DNA of 64,000 nucleotides from an uncultured bacterium (GTDB lineage: Bacteria; B130-G9): the NCBI GenBank assembly GCA_965372715.1, contig CBDVDH010000006.1, forward strand, positions 1-64,000, read 5' to 3'. Positions within the stretch are counted from its first letter, which is position 1. Each line of letters begins with the position of its first letter. The translations under genes were made by a program, and so were the position numbers. This document shows, piece after piece, positions 59,531 through 64,000 of this stretch. A model generated the notes under the pieces. That model saw nothing but the letters and a program-made list of their open reading frames with translations. It ran no database searches and was not told the DNA's origin.

Positions 59531-60064
59531 ATGGCTTCCACAAGAGCCGTCATAAAAGTGGGGCAGATCGAGCAACGAATCTTACTCGTTCGAGGGGACA
59601 AAGTGATTATCGATGCCGATTTGGCCGATTTCTACGACGTTCCTACGAAACGTTTGAACGAGCAGGTGAAGCGAAACCATGAGCGTTTTCCCGAGGATTT
59701 CATGTTCCAACTGAATCCGGAAGAGAAAGCGGGGGTGGTAGCCAGTTGCGACCACCTTTCAAAACTGAAATTCTCTAAAGCTCTACCTTATGCATTTACA
59801 GAACACGGTGCGCTCATGGCTGCAAGCGTTTTGAATTCACCTCGTGCCGTGGAAGTCAGTGTGTTCATCGTGCGTGCTTTTGTAAAAATTCGGCAGACCA
59901 TTGCTGAGCACAAAGAACTATCACAGAAGATCGCTGAATTGGAGAGGCATTTGGCAGGCCACGATCATCAGATACTCTCAATCATTAGGGCCATGAAACA
60001 GTTGATGAAACCTACGTCACCTCAGGATAGGCGCCAAATCGGGTTTCTCAGAAATGAACCATAA
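59531..60064 (+). CDS. ORF6N (KilA-N-related) DNA-binding protein
   Basis: RGDKVIIDADLA.FY.V.TKRLNEQVKRN.ERFPEDFMFQL, PYAFTEHGA.MAASVLNS, RRQIGF. Confidence 0.92.
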   Translation: MASTRAVIKVGQIEQRILLVRGDKVIIDADLADFYDVPTKRLNEQVKRNHERFPEDFMFQLNPEEKAGVVASCDHLSKLKFSKALPYAFTEHGALMAASVLNSPRAVEVSVFIVRAFVKIRQTIAEHKELSQKIAELERHLAGHDHQILSIIRAMKQLMKPTSPQDRRQIGFLRNEP

Positions 60065-60123
60065 CACGCGGTTCGAGCGGTCAATCGCTGCCGCGCTTTC
60101 CGCTCAACCGCAGCCGGTTGTAG
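60059..60123 (+). mobile_element. attC site 1
   Basis: CCATAAC-ACGCG-GTTCGAGC...GCTCAAC-CGCAGCCG-GTTGTAG; GCGGTT(C)GAGCGG pairs with CCGCTCAACCGC leaving one extrahelical base; right spacer 8 nt rather than 6. Confidence 0.75.
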
Positions 60124-60324
60124 GCCTCATTCATCCTAGGCCAAGAAGAAGCGTTTGGCGTTACGTAGAATACAAGCTAAGGAAACATCTAAGCGCTTTA
60201 TGAAGACAGCAAACGCGGATTTCAGTGCAGAACATGTCTGAGGAGGTAACTAAGCGCTGGAGCGGATGCTCGTGTCATCTCACCTCCGAGTTTTCGCAGT
60301 TAGAAGCCGAAGGAGCAGTCAGTC

Positions 60325-61080
60325 GTGCTTGGTGATATTCGCAAAAGACAGCCATGGCGAGATGTCATGCAAGTATGTCTCAACGGCCACGTCATCAATG
60401 CTAGCTATCAGAAGTATCCTGAATACAACAAAGATTTTTGCACCGCTTGCGGACAGAAGACCATTACACAATGCCCGAAATGCAGCAATCCAATACCGGG
60501 GGAGCTGCAAGACACAGGTGTAATCGGTCCCCCGCCCGGCGCGCCAAAGTTCTGCGAACGCTGTGGAGAACGATTCCCCTGGGTTCAGCAGAAATCGCCA
60601 TCTCCGGAGGCAAGAAAAGAACGAGAGGCTGTCGAGGAAATTCAGAATCTATTCTCCAGATTTCATCGGATCGCGAACACACTTAGAAAGCGACATGATA
60701 ATCGCCCGACACTCGACATCAAGGATGAATACGATGTCCAAGATCTACTGAAAGCACTCTTGCAGATTCATTTTGAAGATGTGCGCACAGAAGAGTGGAC
60801 GCCAAGTTACGCGGGAAAGTGCTCAAGGATTGACTTTGTGCTAAAAGAACAAGAAATCGTAGTTGAAGTAAAAATGACAAGAGAGAAGTTGGGCGACAAA
60901 GAGCTTGGGGATCAGCTCATCATAGATATTGAAAGATATAAATCGCACCCGAGTTGCAGGACGTTGGTGTGTTTTGTATATGACCCAGGTGGACTGGTAC
61001 GAAATCCCAAAGGACTCACGAAAGACTTGGAAAGTCAGTCGAGGGAAGGCCTCAAGGTCAAGGTCTTCATAAGCCCATAA
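60325..61080 (+). CDS. DUF2321-like Zn-ribbon fused to a PD-(D/E)xK nuclease (REase_DpnII-MboI-like)
   Basis: QVCLNGH..FCTACG..CPKC..FCERCGERFPW; EYDVQDLL..EEWTPSYAG..SRIDF..VEVK..LIIDIERY. Confidence 0.85.
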   Translation: MLGDIRKRQPWRDVMQVCLNGHVINASYQKYPEYNKDFCTACGQKTITQCPKCSNPIPGELQDTGVIGPPPGAPKFCERCGERFPWVQQKSPSPEARKEREAVEEIQNLFSRFHRIANTLRKRHDNRPTLDIKDEYDVQDLLKALLQIHFEDVRTEEWTPSYAGKCSRIDFVLKEQEIVVEVKMTREKLGDKELGDQLIIDIERYKSHPSCRTLVCFVYDPGGLVRNPKGLTKDLESQSREGLKVKVFISP

Positions 61081-61185
61081 TAGGCTTCTGACAATTCCTT
61101 CAAGCCGCGGTGGCTGGCCAATAGCGTAGTCAGAACCAACCCGTCCTCTTTAACGAGCCTGGAACAATTGTCGCAGTTGGTTGGT

Positions 61186-61207
61186 TATTTGGTTATATTG
61201 CCAAATA
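61186..61207. promoter_or_regulatory. Inverted repeat, putative ArsR operator
   Basis: TATTTGG-8 nt-CCAAATA upstream of arsR. Confidence 0.6.
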
Positions 61208-61242
61208 GACAATAGTCAGAATCCCGAAACTAGGGGGCAACA

Positions 61243-61563
61243 ATGGATCGTAAGACGAAGGCGAAATACGAGGCGAGGGCGGCGATAATTAAGGCGCTTT
61301 CGCATCCGACGCGGCTTTTCATTGTGGACCAATTGGAGAGCGGTAAACGGTGCGTATGTGAACTGACGAAGCTAATCGGCGCGGACATGTCAACCGTCTC
61401 AAAACACCTCTCGGTTCTCAAGGCGGCCGGCATTGTCCATGACGAGAAGGTCGGACAGCAGGTCTTCTATCATCTGAAGGTTCCGTGTGTGCTCAAGTTC
61501 TTCGGATGTGTCGAGGCGGTGATGGAATCGAACGCGAGAGAACAGCTGGAGCTGGTGAGATGA
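61243..61563 (+). CDS. arsR: ArsR/SmtB family transcriptional repressor
   Basis: KALSHPTRL, RCVCEL, STVSKHL..LK.AGIV. Confidence 0.92.
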   Translation: MDRKTKAKYEARAAIIKALSHPTRLFIVDQLESGKRCVCELTKLIGADMSTVSKHLSVLKAAGIVHDEKVGQQVFYHLKVPCVLKFFGCVEAVMESNAREQLELVR

Positions 61564-61650
61564 GAGTGCCGAGGCCAGCAATCCCCGTTGCCATGACTTG
61601 CGGCGCTATCCCCGTCGGCTCTTCACTGCGCTGAAGGCGGAACCTACACG

Positions 61651-62952
61651 ATGATTGCCAAGAAGGAGATAAGGACACTCCTGCTGTTTGCTCTCGTGTT
61701 TCTCGGCGCGTTCTATCTGCCGGTGGGAGAATTGCGTTTCGACAACGCGATTTCTGAGGCGCTCCAGCTTTTGAAGTCCTATGCCCGGGAGCATGTGCTA
61801 TTGTGCCTCATCCCAGCCTTTTTCATTGCCGGGGGCATCTCTGTTTTCATAAGTCAGGCTTCGGTCATGAAGTACCTTGGCGCAAAGGCGAACAAGTTTC
61901 TCGCGTACGGCGTCGCCTCTGTGTCCGGGTCGGTGCTTGCGGTCTGCTCCTGCACGGTTTTGCCGCTGTTCGCTGGGATTTATCGGATGGGGGCGGGGCT
62001 CGGGCCTGCCACGGCGTTTCTGTATTCAGGACCGGCTATCAATATCCTGGCCATTGCGCTGACGGCCCGGGTCTTGGGTGTCGAGATCGGTATCGCGCGC
62101 GCTGTGGGGGCCGTGCTATTCAGCGTGATAATAGGGCTCTTGATGCACCTGATCTTCAGAAAGGAGGAGCGTGCGAAACAGACGGCCCAAGCGGCCATGC
62201 CGGAACCTGAAGTGGCGAGGCCGCTTTGGCAGAATGCCGTCTATTTCGCGACGATGATTGGGATTTTGGTCTTTGCCAATTGGGGGACTCCGGGCGATGC
62301 CTCTTTTTTCTGGCAAGCGGTCTATGCTGCCAAATGGTTCATCACCGGGGCCTTGGCGGCGGCGTTTGGCGGTATCCTGATCGTCTGGTTGGGCGTGAAG
62401 TGGTGGAAGGTGATTGCCGCCGCCGCGCCAACGGTCATCCTTGCGCTGCTGCTTCCTGACGCTCCAATGGTGGCGTTCGCAGCCGGTGTTGTCGGCCTTT
62501 GCGTGATTACCGCATCAAGCCGCGGTGAACCAAAGGAGTGGTTCGCCAGTACGTGGGATTTTGCACAGCAGATACTGCCCCTTTTGTTCTTTGGGGTCCT
62601 GATTGCAGGGGCGCTTCTCGGTCGCCCCGACCACGAGGGCCTCATACCATCAAACTGGGTGACTTCTGCCGTCGGCGGCAACTCACTGTTAGCCAACCTC
62701 TTCGCCTCAATCGCCGGAGCGTTTATGTATTTCGCGACGCTGACCGAGGTGCCCATCTTGCAGGGGCTTCTGGGCGCGGGGATGGGCAAGGGGCCGGCGC
62801 TTGCGCTTCTCTTGGCGGGCCCCGCCCTCTCGCTGCCGAATATGCTGGTTATCCGGCAGATCATGGGAACTAAGAGGACAGTAGTTTACGTCTTGCTTGT
62901 GGTCGTAATGGCCACTTTTTCTGGTGTGGTTTTTGGAACGTTTTTCAAATAG
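61651..62952 (+). CDS. ArsP/DUF318-family permease
   Basis: EHVLLCLIPAFFIAG, VCSCTVLPLF, FLYSGPAIN, MYFATLTEVP, GPALSLP. Confidence 0.9.
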   Translation: MIAKKEIRTLLLFALVFLGAFYLPVGELRFDNAISEALQLLKSYAREHVLLCLIPAFFIAGGISVFISQASVMKYLGAKANKFLAYGVASVSGSVLAVCSCTVLPLFAGIYRMGAGLGPATAFLYSGPAINILAIALTARVLGVEIGIARAVGAVLFSVIIGLLMHLIFRKEERAKQTAQAAMPEPEVARPLWQNAVYFATMIGILVFANWGTPGDASFFWQAVYAAKWFITGALAAAFGGILIVWLGVKWWKVIAAAAPTVILALLLPDAPMVAFAAGVVGLCVITASSRGEPKEWFASTWDFAQQILPLLFFGVLIAGALLGRPDHEGLIPSNWVTSAVGGNSLLANLFASIAGAFMYFATLTEVPILQGLLGAGMGKGPALALLLAGPALSLPNMLVIRQIMGTKRTVVYVLLVVVMATFSGVVFGTFFK

Positions 62953-62962
62953 GAGACGCTTG

Positions 62963-63196
62963 ATGAAGAGATTGCAGATTCTGGGCGGCGGATGCCCGAA
63001 GTGCAAGAAGCTTGCCGAAAACGCTGAGGCAGCGGCGAAAGAGCTGGGCGTGGAATATGAGATAGAGAAGGTTATAGACATCAACGAGATAATGAGCTTC
63101 GGCGTGATGATGACGCCCGGGTTGGCGGTGGATGGCGAAGTCAAAACCGTCGGGAAAGTCGTCTCTATCGAGGAGATCAAGGCGATTCTCGCCTAA
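62963..63196 (+). CDS. Small redox-active disulfide protein (MTH895-like thioredoxin)
   Basis: ILGGGCPKC, GVMMTPGLAVDG. Confidence 0.9.
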   Translation: MKRLQILGGGCPKCKKLAENAEAAAKELGVEYEIEKVIDINEIMSFGVMMTPGLAVDGEVKTVGKVVSIEEIKAILA

Positions 63197-63251
63197 TCGT
63201 CCGAACTTGCTGTTTGAGGCCCAGTGAGGACAATTTCTCAAGGAGGTTGAG

Positions 63252-63731
63252 GTGAAAGGAGGGCAACGAACCGAGAAAACGCGCTCTAGACCGAGTCTAA
63301 TCGTCAAGGTGGGCGTCGTTCTGGTCTTGGTCGCCGCGGTGGCGGGCGCCATCTACTTGAAGGAACGGTCGGGGGCGCCTGAGGCCGATGCGAATGCCGC
63401 GAACGGCTCTGACGCCTCAGCCGCCGATTCACAGAAGGAACAATCCCGAATCGCCCTTCCGCGCCTCGTTGACCTGGGCGCGGGGAAGTGCATCCCGTGC
63501 AAGTTGATGGCGCCGATACTCGAAGAGTTGCGGAAGGAATACAAAGGGAAGTTCGACGTGGTGTTCATCGATGTCTGGAAGGACCGAAGTGCTGGAAAAA
63601 AGTTTAGCGTACGGGTGATCCCGACACAGATATTCTATGACGCCGAGGGGACCGAGCTCTTCCGGCACGAGGGATTCTATTCAAAAGAGGACATCCTTGG
63701 AAAATGGAAGGAACTCGGAATCAATTTATAG
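63252..63731 (+). CDS. Membrane-anchored thioredoxin family protein
   Basis: N-terminal TM, LVDLGAGKCIPC, IPTQIF, RHEGF. Confidence 0.9.
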   Translation: MKGGQRTEKTRSRPSLIVKVGVVLVLVAAVAGAIYLKERSGAPEADANAANGSDASAADSQKEQSRIALPRLVDLGAGKCIPCKLMAPILEELRKEYKGKFDVVFIDVWKDRSAGKKFSVRVIPTQIFYDAEGTELFRHEGFYSKEDILGKWKELGINL

Positions 63732-63745
63732 GAAGGAGAATAGAC

Positions 63746-64000
63746 ATGCGTAATTGCATAGTATTACGAGCAACGTGCTTGTTGGTGCTAATGGTGGTAT
63801 CGGTCGGCTGCGGAGCACAGGCCGAGGACCCTAAGCGGATCAGCGAGCTGTACCCAAACCTTGCGACAGGGGTGCTCACGTCGGCGAAAGTCGGCGAACT
63901 TAGCGAAGGTGTTCTTCTTCGCTGCCAGAACATCGTGATAGGTGAACGTGATCTGGCGCGCGCAACGGCCGAGGCTCCGAAGAACCAGCGGCAAGACCTC
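63746..64000 (+). CDS. Putative lipoprotein, truncated by window end
   Basis: AGGAG RBS, MRNCIVLRATCLLVLMVVSVGC, frame open to the window edge. Confidence 0.6.
   Translation, partial: MRNCIVLRATCLLVLMVVSVGCGAQAEDPKRISELYPNLATGVLTSAKVGELSEGVLLRCQNIVIGERDLARATAEAPKNQRQDL

Larger units (their letters stand above)
59395..61135 (+). mobile_element. Integron gene-cassette array without integrase (CALIN-like)
   Basis: Three attC-like sites (60059-60123, 60244-60305, 61086-61135) and complementary cassette ends. Confidence 0.75.

Noticed and set aside
59476-59682. 68-aa ORF starting MVANCDHL
   Set aside because: Arises from reading the upstream palindrome and overlaps ORF6N out of frame

Overview
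GC-rich bacterial chromosomal window; no rRNA, tRNA, CRISPR array, integrase or transposase was recognised. Layout: (1) 0.6-7.5 kb: a B12-binding radical SAM gene, then a small defence-type island (truncated four-helix-bundle gene, helical protein plus macrodomain protein, Dam-family methylase plus SphI/NspI-like HNH endonuclease, orphan HicB) and two gene relics. (2) 7.6-25.9 kb: a glycosylation cluster headed by a 1727-aa double-NHL-propeller protein, with methyltransferases, TPR-fused GT2/GT4 enzymes and a GT-C membrane protein. (3) 25.8-28.5 kb: an M29-like peptidase and a class-III aminotransferase homologue lacking the catalytic lysine. (4) 28.7-41.0 kb: a minus-strand phage-like tail-tip/structural plus lysis module with no capsid, terminase, tube/sheath or integrase, directly abutting spoIID-murG. 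(5) 43.7-55.9 kb: envelope and secreted proteins and a peptide ABC transporter. (6) 56-61.1 kb: a type IIG R-M gene followed by an integrase-less integron cassette array (ORF6N cassette, gene-less segment, DUF2321-nuclease cassette) defined by attC sites and complementary cassette ends. (7) 61.2-64 kb: an ArsR-permease-thioredoxin operon. The most notable signals are the capsid-less, apparently domesticated phage-like module, the ORF6N gene that carries a copy of its upstream palindrome inside its coding sequence, the attC array, the macrodomain/helical-hairpin pair, and CAATCCG heptamer arrays embedded in three intact genes. All family assignments are by eye from motifs, not database searches.
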